From NCBI RefSeq assembly GCF_937920985.1, contig NZ_CALDXR010000019.1:31268-95267 (forward strand): a DNA stretch of 64,000 nucleotides, read 5' to 3'. The notes under the pieces were generated by a model. The model did not search any database. It saw nothing but the letters and a program-made list of their open reading frames with translations, and had not been told where the DNA came from. The number at the start of each line of letters is the position of its first letter. Position 1 is the stretch's first letter. Origin of the DNA: an uncultured Phascolarctobacterium sp. GTDB lineage: Bacteria; Bacillota; Negativicutes; Acidaminococcales; Acidaminococcaceae. This document shows, piece by piece, positions 54,782 to 64,000 of the stretch. The translations under genes were made by a program, and so were the position numbers.

Positions 54782-56392
54782 TCACTTGAAAAGACCAAAG
54801 CGTTGGCCTACTGCCAACAATCTACGTCCCACAAAGGGCACGTTGTCCAAATCCTCTTTATTCAGACCACCGCAGGCCAGCAACGCCAGCGCGTAGACAG
54901 GTACAGCCGCCACCATAGCAAACAGTACGCACCACATACCCATGCTTTCCGTCAACATCAGCACGCCGTAAATTGCAGCGCCCATCACGCCAGAAGCAAA
55001 ACAAGGGCGGATAATGCTGCCAACAGAGAAGCTATAGCCTGTCAGCTTATAAATAAAGCCCATATTGATAATCGCTGCCACGGCGAAATCTGCCACCGTC
55101 GCCATCGAAGCACCACGGATGCCCAGCTCCGGCACAGCAGTAAGATACCAGCTCATAGCAATTTTTACAATGCAGGCAATAATCATATTGATTACAGGGA
55201 TTGCTGTGCGGCCCAGGCCTTGCAGAATACCTGTACTGATCTGATGCATACCTAAGAACAGAATACCGATACTCATCGTCTGAATCGCAGGTGCCGCACC
55301 GGGAGCGTTGTACACAAGCGCCGCAACCTTTTCTGCCAGACAATACAAGCCCATAAAGCAGGGGAAAGTGATAATCATCGCTACACGGAAGGCGATACGG
55401 ATTTTATCACGAATTGCATCAAAGCTGCCCAACGCACGAGATTCGGAAATAGACGGCACCAGACTGATGGTCATTGCCGCAGTAAAAATTGTTGCCAGAT
55501 TAACCAGTGGCACTGCCATGCCGGTCAGATAACCGAACAGCTCTGTCGCATGATGAATATCAAAGCCGGCTGCTTCCAAGCGCTGCGGTACAATCAGAAG
55601 GTCCAGGTTGGCACCAATCGGAAGCATCAGGCTGGTCAGCGATACAGGCAACGCCAGCTTCAGCAGACGCTTGATAATATGTCCGGCGCTTTCTACCGGC
55701 GCACTGTCATCCTGCTCCGCCATTTCCTTTTGCAGGTGCTGCTTCAGGCGACGATAGAACCACATCAGCACCAAAAGTGCACAGAACGCGCCTACGCCGG
55801 CGCCCATGCTGGCACCGCCTGCAGCGAACGCCAGACCGTACGGCATAAAGAGGTCGGCAAAAATGAGCATGGTAATAACACGCGTCAGCTGCTCGACAAT
55901 CTCACTGACCGCCGTCGGCGTCATAATCTGCCAGCCCTGCAGGTAACCGCGGAAGCTTGCCAGAAAGGTTACAAAGAAAACAGCCGGAGCCAAAGCAATA
56001 ATAGAATAATAAGCACGGCTGTCACGGATGATATGGTTATTAATCAACCAGTCCGCACCGAAAAACAGCGAGGACGAAAACAAAAGGCCACTTAACAGCA
56101 GCACTCGCAACGAAACATTAAAGACTCGCTTTGCACCGCGATAGTCCTTATTCGCCAGCTTTTCAGACGTGATGATGGAAATAGCCACCGGCACACCGGC
56201 ACTCGATACAGTAATTGCCATCAGATAGATGGGAAAGCCCATCTGATACAGGCCAATGCCTTCGCCACCCAATACACGTGACAAAATAATCCAGTTTAAG
56301 GAACCGATAACCTTGACCACAATACTGGAAGCTGTAAGGATTAAGGTTCCCTTTAAAAATTTGCTATTAGAAGCTTTATTATCTGCGCTCAT
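54782..56392 (-). CDS. MOP-superfamily flippase (SpoVB/MurJ-like polysaccharide biosynthesis protein)
   Basis: 536 aa with about 14 TM helices. N-terminus FLKGTLILTASSIVVKVIGSLNWIILSRVLGGEGIGLYQMGFPIY. Confidence 0.75.
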   Translation of the reverse strand: MSADNKASNSKFLKGTLILTASSIVVKVIGSLNWIILSRVLGGEGIGLYQMGFPIYLMAITVSSAGVPVAISIITSEKLANKDYRGAKRVFNVSLRVLLLSGLLFSSSLFFGADWLINNHIIRDSRAYYSIIALAPAVFFVTFLASFRGYLQGWQIMTPTAVSEIVEQLTRVITMLIFADLFMPYGLAFAAGGASMGAGVGAFCALLVLMWFYRRLKQHLQKEMAEQDDSAPVESAGHIIKRLLKLALPVSLTSLMLPIGANLDLLIVPQRLEAAGFDIHHATELFGYLTGMAVPLVNLATIFTAAMTISLVPSISESRALGSFDAIRDKIRIAFRVAMIITFPCFMGLYCLAEKVAALVYNAPGAAPAIQTMSIGILFLGMHQISTGILQGLGRTAIPVINMIIACIVKIAMSWYLTAVPELGIRGASMATVADFAVAAIINMGFIYKLTGYSFSVGSIIRPCFASGVMGAAIYGVLMLTESMGMWCVLFAMVAAVPVYALALLACGGLNKEDLDNVPFVGRRLLAVGQRFGLFK

Positions 56393-56569
56393 AAAATCCC
56401 CTTGTTTATAGATAGATATACATTATAATTATCCTCTTTTCCGCGCGAATTTACAAGTACTTTTAACAGATTTGTCATAAACACATCACTGCTTTTTGCT
56501 TGCATAACTATCTTTATATGCTAAAATTAAGTTAAGAGCAAAATTATGTTGTAAAAGGAGTGATACAAG

Positions 56570-57181
56570 ATGAAATCCACACATGCTTTATTAGCTTTCG
56601 GCGCTGCAATCTGCCTGGCTGCTACCTGCAGCCTGAGCGCTTATGCTTCTCCGCTCAAAAATTATGATGCAGGCAAGGTAGCTATTGATGCAGGCATTAC
56701 GTTGCCTTCCAGTCTCAAGGGTGACAACTACAAATTCAGCAAGTCCAACAGCACCTATCTTGGCGCAACTGTTGGTCTCGGTCAAAATACTGCCTTAAAT
56801 TACAAATGGAACAACTACAAGGCTGACGAAGCGAAAACCCGCGCCCAGCAATTCAACCTTATGTACAAGGTGCTGCCGGGTATTTCCGCTTACGCAGGTT
56901 ATCTGAATGCTGATACCTCCGGTTATGTTGGCGGCAAAACCAAAAACTCCGGCCAGGTTGGCCTGCAGGCAGCCTATGATATTCCCGCACTCTTCACCGT
57001 TTGGGGTAATGTAGGCTACGGCAACAGAAACAGCGGCTACGAAATCGGCATCAGCAAGCCTATCCTGAACAATCTGGAAGTAAACGCTTCCTACTATAAT
57101 CAGACATTTGATGATGCCTTCGGCGAAGACCTCGACATGAAGGCTAAAGGTGTTAACCTGGGCTTAACTCTCAAATTTTAA
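56570..57181 (+). CDS. small outer-membrane beta-barrel protein (OMP-like)
   Basis: 203 aa. Signal peptide ...CSLSAYA-SP, alternating amphipathic strands rich in Y/G/N, C-terminal ...GLTLKF. Confidence 0.6.
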   Translation: MKSTHALLAFGAAICLAATCSLSAYASPLKNYDAGKVAIDAGITLPSSLKGDNYKFSKSNSTYLGATVGLGQNTALNYKWNNYKADEAKTRAQQFNLMYKVLPGISAYAGYLNADTSGYVGGKTKNSGQVGLQAAYDIPALFTVWGNVGYGNRNSGYEIGISKPILNNLEVNASYYNQTFDDAFGEDLDMKAKGVNLGLTLKF

Positions 57182-57233
57182 TTTGTCAGCTACGGCTAAC
57201 TAAATTAAAATGAAAACTAACGGATAATTATTA

Positions 57234-57262
57234 TTGACAACTCTTACAGCTTGTGTTATTAT
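57234..57262 (+). promoter_or_regulatory. promoter of rubrerythrin
   Basis: TTGACA (57234-57239), 17-nt spacer, TATTAT (57257-57262). Confidence 0.55.
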
Positions 57263-57342
57263 ATAAGTGTCAAGGGCACACAAGTTGTGCAAGTAAAAAA
57301 TAAAATTAAGCAATGCAATATAAAATCATGGAGGGAAATAAT

Positions 57343-57888
57343 ATGAAAAAATTTGTATGTCAAGTATGTGGTTATGTATATGAAGGCGAAGCTGCTCCGG
57401 CAAAATGCCCGCAATGTGGTGCTCCCGCTTCCAAATTCCAGGAAATGGCTGCTGAAATGGGCTGGGCTGCTGAACACGTTGTAGGTATCGCTTCCGACGT
57501 TCCTGAAGATATCAAAGCTGACCTGCGTGCTAACTTCAACGGCGAATGCTCCGAAGTTGGTATGTACCTGGCTATGAGCCGCGTAGCTTTCCGCGAAGGC
57601 TATCCGGAAATCGGCCTGTACTGGGAAAAAGCTGCTTTCGAAGAAGCTGAACATGCTGCTAAATTTGCAGAACTGCTGGGCGAAGTTGTAACCGACTCCA
57701 CCAAAAAGAACCTGGAAATGCGTGTAGAAGCTGAAAACGGTGCAACCGCTGGTAAAACCGACCTGGCTAAACGCGCTAAAGCTCTGAACTTGGATGCTAT
57801 CCATGACACCGTTCATGAAATGGCTCGTGACGAAGCTCGCCATGGCAAAGCTTTCGCTGGCCTGCTGAAAAGATACTTCGGCAAATAA
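57343..57888 (+). CDS. rbr: reverse rubrerythrin (N-terminal rubredoxin-like domain + ferritin-like diiron domain)
   Basis: 181 aa from ATG 57343 behind GGAGGG. CQVCGY...CPQCG, then the E..H diiron motifs EEAEHAAKF and DEARHGKAF. Confidence 0.85.
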   Translation: MKKFVCQVCGYVYEGEAAPAKCPQCGAPASKFQEMAAEMGWAAEHVVGIASDVPEDIKADLRANFNGECSEVGMYLAMSRVAFREGYPEIGLYWEKAAFEEAEHAAKFAELLGEVVTDSTKKNLEMRVEAENGATAGKTDLAKRAKALNLDAIHDTVHEMARDEARHGKAFAGLLKRYFGK

Positions 57889-57919
57889 TTAACCAATAAA
57901 AATTAATAAGACTTAATAA

Positions 57920-57962
57920 GGCTCCCGCTGGCAATCCAAATAGATTGCGGCGGGAGTTTTTG
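57920..57962 (+). terminator. rho-independent terminator after rbr
   Basis: CTCCCGC...GCGGGAG stem followed by TTTTTG. Confidence 0.7.
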
Positions 57963-58157
57963 TGCGTTCAAGTCCCTCTTTTTTATCTTTTCCTGAATTA
58001 TTTCACTCTTCTTCTATGTTCTATGCATTTTCTTATGTTTTTCGCACTTACAAAGCCTTTAATATCTTTATAATTTGCTTCAGATATGATATTATATAAA
58101 GGTTAGGAAACATCTTTAATGACACTCATTATCACGTTCCTAAAGGTGGTTAATTAT

Positions 58158-58820
58158 ATGCTTAATAAAACTAATTTTCATTATCCTGCAATGCTGCGTG
58201 TAGCGGACAAACGCTGTGTAATTATCGGCGGCGGCACTGTTGCCGCCCGTAAGCTTGCCACGCTTTTGGATGCCGGTGCCAATGTAACCGTTGTCGCTCC
58301 CATCTTCTGCGACGATGTGCAAGAGCTTGCCTCTGCGCAAGGCTGCACGCTCATCAAGGATTACTACAAACCTGAATATCTGCAGAACGCCTTTGTGGTT
58401 ATTGCCGCCACAGATAATAAGGTCGTCAACAGGCAGATTTCAGACGCTGCTCCCTGCCTTATCAACAATATTACTGAACCGGAGCTGAGTAATTTCACTG
58501 TCCCCTCAGCTATCAGCGAAGGTGATATTACCATAGCGCTGGCAACAGGCGGTATGCCTGCCTTCACACGCTTGCTGAAAAAGCAGCTGGAGCATATCCT
58601 GACACCGGAGCTGGCTAACTTCAACAGCTTCCTGCTGCTGCAGAGAGAAGAAGTAAAGAGTATCGACAGCACGCCAGAGGAACGGACACAATTCTGGCGC
58701 AGTGTTTTAAAACAGGATTTACTAAATTTAGTTATAGCAGGTAAGCCTGCTCAAGCAAAGGAGAAGGTATTAGATGCAGTTAACAGTTTTAGGACTCAAT
58801 CACAGAACCGCCCCCGTTGA
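58158..58820 (+). CDS. precorrin-2 dehydrogenase / sirohydrochlorin ferrochelatase (SirC / CysG N-domain-like)
   Basis: 220 aa from ATG 58158. VIIGGGTVAARKLATLLDAGANVTVVAP Rossmann motif. Confidence 0.75.
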   Translation: MLNKTNFHYPAMLRVADKRCVIIGGGTVAARKLATLLDAGANVTVVAPIFCDDVQELASAQGCTLIKDYYKPEYLQNAFVVIAATDNKVVNRQISDAAPCLINNITEPELSNFTVPSAISEGDITIALATGGMPAFTRLLKKQLEHILTPELANFNSFLLLQREEVKSIDSTPEERTQFWRSVLKQDLLNLVIAGKPAQAKEKVLDAVNSFRTQSQNRPR

Positions 58821-60078
58821 GATCCGTGAACGTTTTAATTTTTCCAATGACAGGGTGGCAAGTATTCTGCGCCGTCTGCGCAATTACGATAATATTCCCG
58901 AAGCCATGCTGCTTTCCACCTGCAACCGCACCGAGCTGTACATGGTGATTGAAAATCCGCATGAAGCAATCCCCTTTATCAAATCATTGCTCAAGCATTT
59001 GGCAGGTGAACATTATCAAAGTGAATATTTTTATAATCTGAACGGTACGAACTGCGTAAAGCATCTGTTCCGCGTAGCATCCAGTCTGGACTCCCTGATT
59101 GTCGGTGAAGGCCAGATTCTCAGCCAGATTAAAAATGCTTATCAGATTGCCCGCAATAACGGTATGACAGATACGATTCTCAATACCATTATGAATAAGG
59201 CTATTGCCGTCGGCAAGCGCGTGCGTACCGAAACAAAAATTGCCTACAGCAGCGTATCTGTTTCCAGTGCAGCTGTTGACCTGGCCATCAAAATTTTAGG
59301 CGACTTGAGCAAGGCGCAGATTTTGGTAGTCGGTGCCGGTCATATGAGTGAGCTTACTGCACAGCATCTGTTGGACAAGGGTGCGCAGACTATTTGCGTC
59401 AGCAACCGTCACTACGAAAGAGCGCAGGATCTGGCAGGCAAATTCCACGGCACGGCTATTCCCTACCGTGCCATGTTCGAGCATGCCGCTGATGCCGATA
59501 TTATCATTACCTCTACCGGTGCGCCGCATTACGTGCTTACCGTAGAAAATTTAGGACCGCTGCTGCCCAAGCGCAACGGCAGACCGCTGATTCTGATTGA
59601 TATTGCCGTTCCGCGTGACGTCGACCCCAGACTGGCCGATGTTGCCGGCGTAACTATTTATAACATTGACGATCTGGAAGGCGTTGTTGATACCAATAAA
59701 AACTTCCGTGAAAAGGAAGCTCACGTTGCTGAACAGATTATCAGCGAAGAAATCGGTGCCCTCAAGGAGCGCCTGCGTTATTACACCATGCGCCCCGTTA
59801 TGGTACAGCTGCATGATAAAATGAATTTCCTGCGCCAGAAGGTTTTGAAGAAGGCCTTCATTAAAATGCCGGAGCTTACCGACCATGAAAAGCGCATTAT
59901 TGACCTAATGACTCAACGTCTGGAGCATAAATTTCTGCGCGAGCCTATGAAAGCTATGAATGCTGTAGCAGGTACTTCTGAAGAAGAACGCTATAAAAAA
60001 ATGATGTGTGATTTATTTTTATTGAACGAAACCGGAGAGGAGTTTGGTGATGAAAGCAAAATTGACGATTGGGACTAG
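58774..60078 (+). CDS. hemA: glutamyl-tRNA reductase
   Basis: 434 aa. MQLTVLGLNHRTAPVEIRERF, STCNRTELY (catalytic Cys), VVGAGHMSEL. Confidence 0.9.
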   Translation: MQLTVLGLNHRTAPVEIRERFNFSNDRVASILRRLRNYDNIPEAMLLSTCNRTELYMVIENPHEAIPFIKSLLKHLAGEHYQSEYFYNLNGTNCVKHLFRVASSLDSLIVGEGQILSQIKNAYQIARNNGMTDTILNTIMNKAIAVGKRVRTETKIAYSSVSVSSAAVDLAIKILGDLSKAQILVVGAGHMSELTAQHLLDKGAQTICVSNRHYERAQDLAGKFHGTAIPYRAMFEHAADADIIITSTGAPHYVLTVENLGPLLPKRNGRPLILIDIAVPRDVDPRLADVAGVTIYNIDDLEGVVDTNKNFREKEAHVAEQIISEEIGALKERLRYYTMRPVMVQLHDKMNFLRQKVLKKAFIKMPELTDHEKRIIDLMTQRLEHKFLREPMKAMNAVAGTSEEERYKKMMCDLFLLNETGEEFGDESKIDDWD

Positions 60079-60970
60079 ACAAAGTCTTTTAGCGCTTTGG
60101 CAAAGTAATCATATTGCAGCCTTACTGCGCAAGGAATATCCTGAATGTGAGGTTGTACTGAAAAAAATTGTCACCAAAGGCGACCGTATTTTAGACGTAC
60201 CCCTGGCGCAAATCGGCGGCAAGGGCTTGTTTACCAAAGAAATTGAAGAGGATCTTTTAGACGGCACTGTTGACTTGGCAGTACATAGCCTGAAGGATAT
60301 GCCTACCGTTCTGCCGGAAGGCCTGTGCCTGACAGCAATTACCGAGCGTGCCAACGTCGGCGATGCTTTTGTCAGCAACAAATACGGCAGCTTCGAAGAG
60401 CTGCCGCTCGGCGCTGTAGTCGGCACCAGCAGCCTGCGCCGCAAGGCGCAGCTGTTAGCTAAGCGTCCGGATTTGGAAATCCGTGACCTGCGCGGCAACG
60501 TTGATACCCGCCTGCGTAAGCTGGACGAAGGACTGTATGATGCTATTATTCTGGCAGCTGCAGGCCTGGAGCGTCTGGGCCATGGCGACCGCATCTCCAG
60601 CCTGATTCCTGCTGATGTCTGCCTGCCGGCTGTAGGCCAGGGCGCATTGGCAATCGAAGCACGTACCGAGGATAAGGACGTACGCGATATGCTGAGCTTC
60701 TTAAACGACCTGAACACCAAGCAGGCTACCGACGCTGAACGTGCCTTCTTAGGCTTACTGGAAGGCGGCTGTCAGGTTCCTATCGGTGTACATGCCGACG
60801 TTGAAGGTGAAAACATTCGCATTGAAGCAATCATTGCTGCTTTAGACGGCAGCACTATTCTGCGTGATACAATTAACGGCAAAGCTGATGATGCTGTCAG
60901 CCTCGGCCAACAGCTGGGCAAAAAAATGCTGGCTGCCGGTGGTCAGGAAATTCTGGCCGCAATTCTTTAA
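60050..60970 (+). CDS. hemC: hydroxymethylbilane synthase (porphobilinogen deaminase)
   Basis: ATG 60050 (MKAKLTIGTRQSLLALWQ...) behind GGAGAGGAG. GGCQVPIG cofactor Cys motif. Confidence 0.9.
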   Translation: MKAKLTIGTRQSLLALWQSNHIAALLRKEYPECEVVLKKIVTKGDRILDVPLAQIGGKGLFTKEIEEDLLDGTVDLAVHSLKDMPTVLPEGLCLTAITERANVGDAFVSNKYGSFEELPLGAVVGTSSLRRKAQLLAKRPDLEIRDLRGNVDTRLRKLDEGLYDAIILAAAGLERLGHGDRISSLIPADVCLPAVGQGALAIEARTEDKDVRDMLSFLNDLNTKQATDAERAFLGLLEGGCQVPIGVHADVEGENIRIEAIIAALDGSTILRDTINGKADDAVSLGQQLGKKMLAAGGQEILAAIL

Positions 60971-60983
60971 GGAGAGTGACATC

Positions 60984-62501
60984 ATGACGAAACAAGGTAA
61001 AGTATATTTAATCGGTGCAGGCCCCGGCGACCCGGGACTTTTGGGACTCAAGGCTAAGGAATGCCTGCAGACTGCTGACGCTGTTGTTTATGACCGCCTG
61101 GCAGATCCGCGTATTCTGGCCTTCGCCCGCAAGGACGCAGAAATGGTTTATGTTGGCAAAGCCAGCGCTAACCACACCATGCGCCAGCCCGATATCAACA
61201 AGCTGCTGGTAAAGCTGGCTGCTGAGGGCAAGGTTGTAGCACGTTTAAAGGGTGGCGACCCCTTTGTATTCGGTCGCGGTGGCGAAGAAGCCATCGAACT
61301 GCGTGAAGCAGGCCTGCCGTTTGAATTCGTTCCCGGCGTAACCAGTGCTATTGCCGTTGCTGAATATGCAGGCATTCCTGTTACCCATCGCCATGTAGCA
61401 ACCTCCTTCGCTGTTATTACCGGCCACGAGGATCCTACTAAAGGCGAATCCACCATCCATTGGAAGGGCCTGGCAACCTCTGTTGACACCCTCGTCTTCC
61501 TCATGGGCGTAGAAAACATTGAAAAAATCAGCCGCGAGCTCATCGCTAACGGCCGCAGTGCCGACTGCCCGGCTGCCGTTATCCGTTGGGGCACTCATCC
61601 TGAACAGCGCACTCTTATTACCACCTTGGGCAGAGCTGCCGCTGACGTTAAGGCAACCGGTATGAAACCGCCTGCTATCTTCCTCGTCGGCGAGGTTGTA
61701 CGCCTGCGTGAGCAGCTGCAATGGTTCGATAACAAACCGCTCTTCGGCAAAACTGTTATCGTTACCCGCGCACGTGCACAAGCCAGCGCTCTCACCAAAA
61801 AGCTGGAAGCACAAGGCGCTAAAGTTATCGAAGCTCCGGCAATCAAAATTGTTCCGGCGGCAGATTACACTCCGCTGGACAACGCTATTGCCAGCATCAA
61901 TGACTACAAATGGCTCGTCTTCACCAGCGCTAACGGCGTAGACTACTTCTTTGAGCGTCTTGGAGCAGCTAAGAAGGATGCCCGCGCCCTGGCTAACGTT
62001 AAGCTTGCCGCTATTGGCAGCGCCACCGCCAAGGCTCTGGCAGAGCACGGCCTCACCGCCGACCTCATTCCTTCCGCTTACAAAGCAGAAGAGCTGGCTG
62101 AAGCACTGGCAGGCGAAATCACCGCCGGTGACAAAATCCTGCTGGCACGCGCTAAGGTTGCACGCGAAGTATTGCCAGAATCCCTGCGTAAAATCGGCGC
62201 TATCGTTGACGTTGTAACTGCTTACGAAACCGTTGCCGACTGCGAAACCAAGGACGAGCTCATCGAAGCCCTTGAAAGCGGCGAAGCAAGCATCGTAACC
62301 TTCACTAGCAGCAGCACCGTAACTAACCTGCTCGAGGTTCTCGGTGACAAGAAGGAGCTGCTGAACAAGGCTGCTCTGGCTGCTATCGGCCCCGTAACTG
62401 CTGATACTCTGAAAAAGCATGGCTATACTCCGGCTATCAATGCCGCTGAATATACAATCGACGGCCTCATGACCGCTATCACAAATTTTTATAATAAATA
62501 A
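60984..62501 (+). CDS. fused uroporphyrinogen-III C-methyltransferase / uroporphyrinogen-III synthase (CobA-HemD)
   Basis: 505 aa from ATG 60984. [23 protein letters not shown]-domain plus a HemD-like C-domain. Confidence 0.85.
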   Translation: MTKQGKVYLIGAGPGDPGLLGLKAKECLQTADAVVYDRLADPRILAFARKDAEMVYVGKASANHTMRQPDINKLLVKLAAEGKVVARLKGGDPFVFGRGGEEAIELREAGLPFEFVPGVTSAIAVAEYAGIPVTHRHVATSFAVITGHEDPTKGESTIHWKGLATSVDTLVFLMGVENIEKISRELIANGRSADCPAAVIRWGTHPEQRTLITTLGRAAADVKATGMKPPAIFLVGEVVRLREQLQWFDNKPLFGKTVIVTRARAQASALTKKLEAQGAKVIEAPAIKIVPAADYTPLDNAIASINDYKWLVFTSANGVDYFFERLGAAKKDARALANVKLAAIGSATAKALAEHGLTADLIPSAYKAEELAEALAGEITAGDKILLARAKVAREVLPESLRKIGAIVDVVTAYETVADCETKDELIEALESGEASIVTFTSSSTVTNLLEVLGDKKELLNKAALAAIGPVTADTLKKHGYTPAINAAEYTIDGLMTAITNFYNK

Positions 62502-62515
62502 GGAAGTGTATCAAG

Positions 62516-63505
62516 ATGAGTATTACCGGTTTTCCTGTATACCGTCCGCGCCGCACACGCGCTACTGAAAATCTGCGTGCAATGATCCGTGAAACCGAGG
62601 TTTCCGTAAAGGACTTAATCTATCCGCTTTTCGTCGTTCCCGGTGAAAACGTTAAACATGAAATTGAATCTCTGCCAGGCAACTACCATTGGTCTATCGA
62701 CCGCGTTATGGAATGCGTTGACGAGGTTGTAGAGCTTGGTATTCCCGCTGTCCTGCTCTTCGGCGTACCGTCCTTCAAGGACGCTGTCGGCAGCAGCGGC
62801 TGGGATATGAACGAGCCTGTACAGCAGGCCTGCAAGCTGATTAAGGAAAAATATCCTGAGCTGGTTATCATTACCGACGTCTGCCTGTGCGAATACACCG
62901 AGCATGGTCATTGCGGCGTGCTGCAAAACGGCTGCACCGTCAACAACGATGAAACTCTGCCGCTGCTGGCTAAGGTTGCTGTTTCCCACGCTCAGGCCGG
63001 TGCTGACATGATTGCTCCATCCAACATGATGGACGGTTATGTTAAAGCTATCCGCGAAGCACTTGATGCTGCAGGCTTCAACCATATTCCTATTATGGCT
63101 TATTCCGCAAAATTTGCTTCCGCATACTATGGCCCCTTCCGTGCTGCAGCAGACTCTGCTCCATCCGCAGGTGACCGCAAAGGCTACCAGATGGACCCCG
63201 CCAACAGTGACGAGGCTCTGCGCGAAGTTGCTCTGGATATTGAAGAAGGCGCAGATATCGTTATGGTTAAACCGGCGCTGGCCTTCCTCGACATTGTACA
63301 ACGTGTACACGAAACCTTTAACCGTCCGCTGTGTGTTTATAATGTCAGCGGCGAATATGCTATGGTTAAGGCTGCAGCTGAAAAAGGCTGGATTGACGAA
63401 AAACGTATCGTTATGGAAACCATGCTGGGCTTCAAGCGTGCCGGTGCTAAAATGATTATTACCTACCATGCGCTTGACGTAGCAAAATGGCTGCAAGGCA
63501 AATAA
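62516..63505 (+). CDS. hemB: porphobilinogen synthase (ALA dehydratase)
   Basis: 329 aa. [14 protein letters not shown] zinc-site cysteines and VMVKPA active-site Lys. Confidence 0.9.
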   Translation: MSITGFPVYRPRRTRATENLRAMIRETEVSVKDLIYPLFVVPGENVKHEIESLPGNYHWSIDRVMECVDEVVELGIPAVLLFGVPSFKDAVGSSGWDMNEPVQQACKLIKEKYPELVIITDVCLCEYTEHGHCGVLQNGCTVNNDETLPLLAKVAVSHAQAGADMIAPSNMMDGYVKAIREALDAAGFNHIPIMAYSAKFASAYYGPFRAAADSAPSAGDRKGYQMDPANSDEALREVALDIEEGADIVMVKPALAFLDIVQRVHETFNRPLCVYNVSGEYAMVKAAAEKGWIDEKRIVMETMLGFKRAGAKMIITYHALDVAKWLQGK

Positions 63506-63517
63506 GGAGATATAACA

Positions 63518-64000
63518 ATGGAACATACAAAATCTCAGGCTGCTTTTGAAGAAGCACGCCAATATATCCCCGGCGGCGTTAACAGCCCCGTGCGCTCCTT
63601 CCGCAGTGTCGGCGGTGTACCGCCGTTCATCTCCGGCGGCAAGGGCAGCAAAATCTATGACATCGACGGCAACGAATACATCGACTACGTTATGTCCTAT
63701 GGTCCGCTGCTCATGGGCCATGTACCTGACTGCGTAACCGACGCTATCAAGGCTGCTGCTGAAAAGGGCACCTCCTACGGCGCTCCGACAGTTGCCGAAA
63801 CCGAGCTGGCAAAATTAGTCTGCCGCCTCGTTCCGTCTATGGATATGGTCCGCATGGTCAACAGCGGTACCGAAGCAACCATGAGCGCTCTGCGCTTAGC
63901 ACGTGCCTACACCGGCCGTGATTGCATCATCAAATTCATCGGCTGCTACCATGGTCATCATGACAGCCTGCTTGTAAAAGCAGGCAGCGGCGGCGCTACC
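63518..64000 (+). CDS. hemL: glutamate-1-semialdehyde 2,1-aminomutase, N-terminal 161 codons (runs off the right edge)
   Basis: ATG 63518 behind [40 protein letters not shown]... is the HemL signature. Not in the track because it has no stop in the window. Confidence 0.9.
   Translation, partial: MEHTKSQAAFEEARQYIPGGVNSPVRSFRSVGGVPPFISGGKGSKIYDIDGNEYIDYVMSYGPLLMGHVPDCVTDAIKAAAEKGTSYGAPTVAETELAKLVCRLVPSMDMVRMVNSGTEATMSALRLARAYTGRDCIIKFIGCYHGHHDSLLVKAGSGGAT

Overview
The backbone is about 50% G+C by eye. It looks like a Negativicutes/Selenomonadales-type diderm Firmicute. That is an inference from gene content only: an OMP-like beta-barrel ending in Phe, a SpoVB/MurJ-like flippase, a reverse rubrerythrin and an anaerobic sirC-hemA-hemC-cobA/hemD-hemB-hemL cluster. 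Most of the window is housekeeping: ftsH (partial), pyc, galE-galU-phosphomannomutase, putP, a six-gene arginine-to-spermidine operon, ilvNB, a His-Gln-Lys-Leu tRNA cluster, a symporter/hutP-like/sdaAB/sdaAA/ridA operon, corA, a DUF853 ATPase, thiSFGHE, ppa, alr, pncA, pepP and HAD hydrolases. Accessory content is a Septu-like ptuA/ptuB pair (9968-12060), hicAB (16082-16694), a low-GC singleton 525-codon zinc-ribbon membrane protein (39183-40760) and a DUF4143 ATPase preceded by iteron-like repeats. The strongest accessory feature is a very AT-rich ~5-kb island (42447-47461). It consists of start-less hemagglutinin/CdiA-like gene fragments interleaved with small immunity-like ORFs, including a 149-codon ORF present twice with identical ends and a diverged core. 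This looks like an orphan toxin/immunity cassette array whose parent exoprotein gene is not in the window. There are three candidate cis-regulatory RNAs. The first is 2.5 tandem copies of a ~100-nt element forming the corA leader (31320-31585), which matches no riboswitch I recognise. The second is a GUAG-rich leader upstream of the hutP-like serine-catabolism operon. The third is a compact terminator-embedded hairpin upstream of thiS that lacks canonical TPP-riboswitch motifs (possible thiS/HMP-PP class). No CRISPR array, rRNA, transposase, integrase or prophage genes were seen. Many long ORFs in the track are antisense shadows of real genes and were discarded. Several track ORFs were shortened to start codons with a better RBS.
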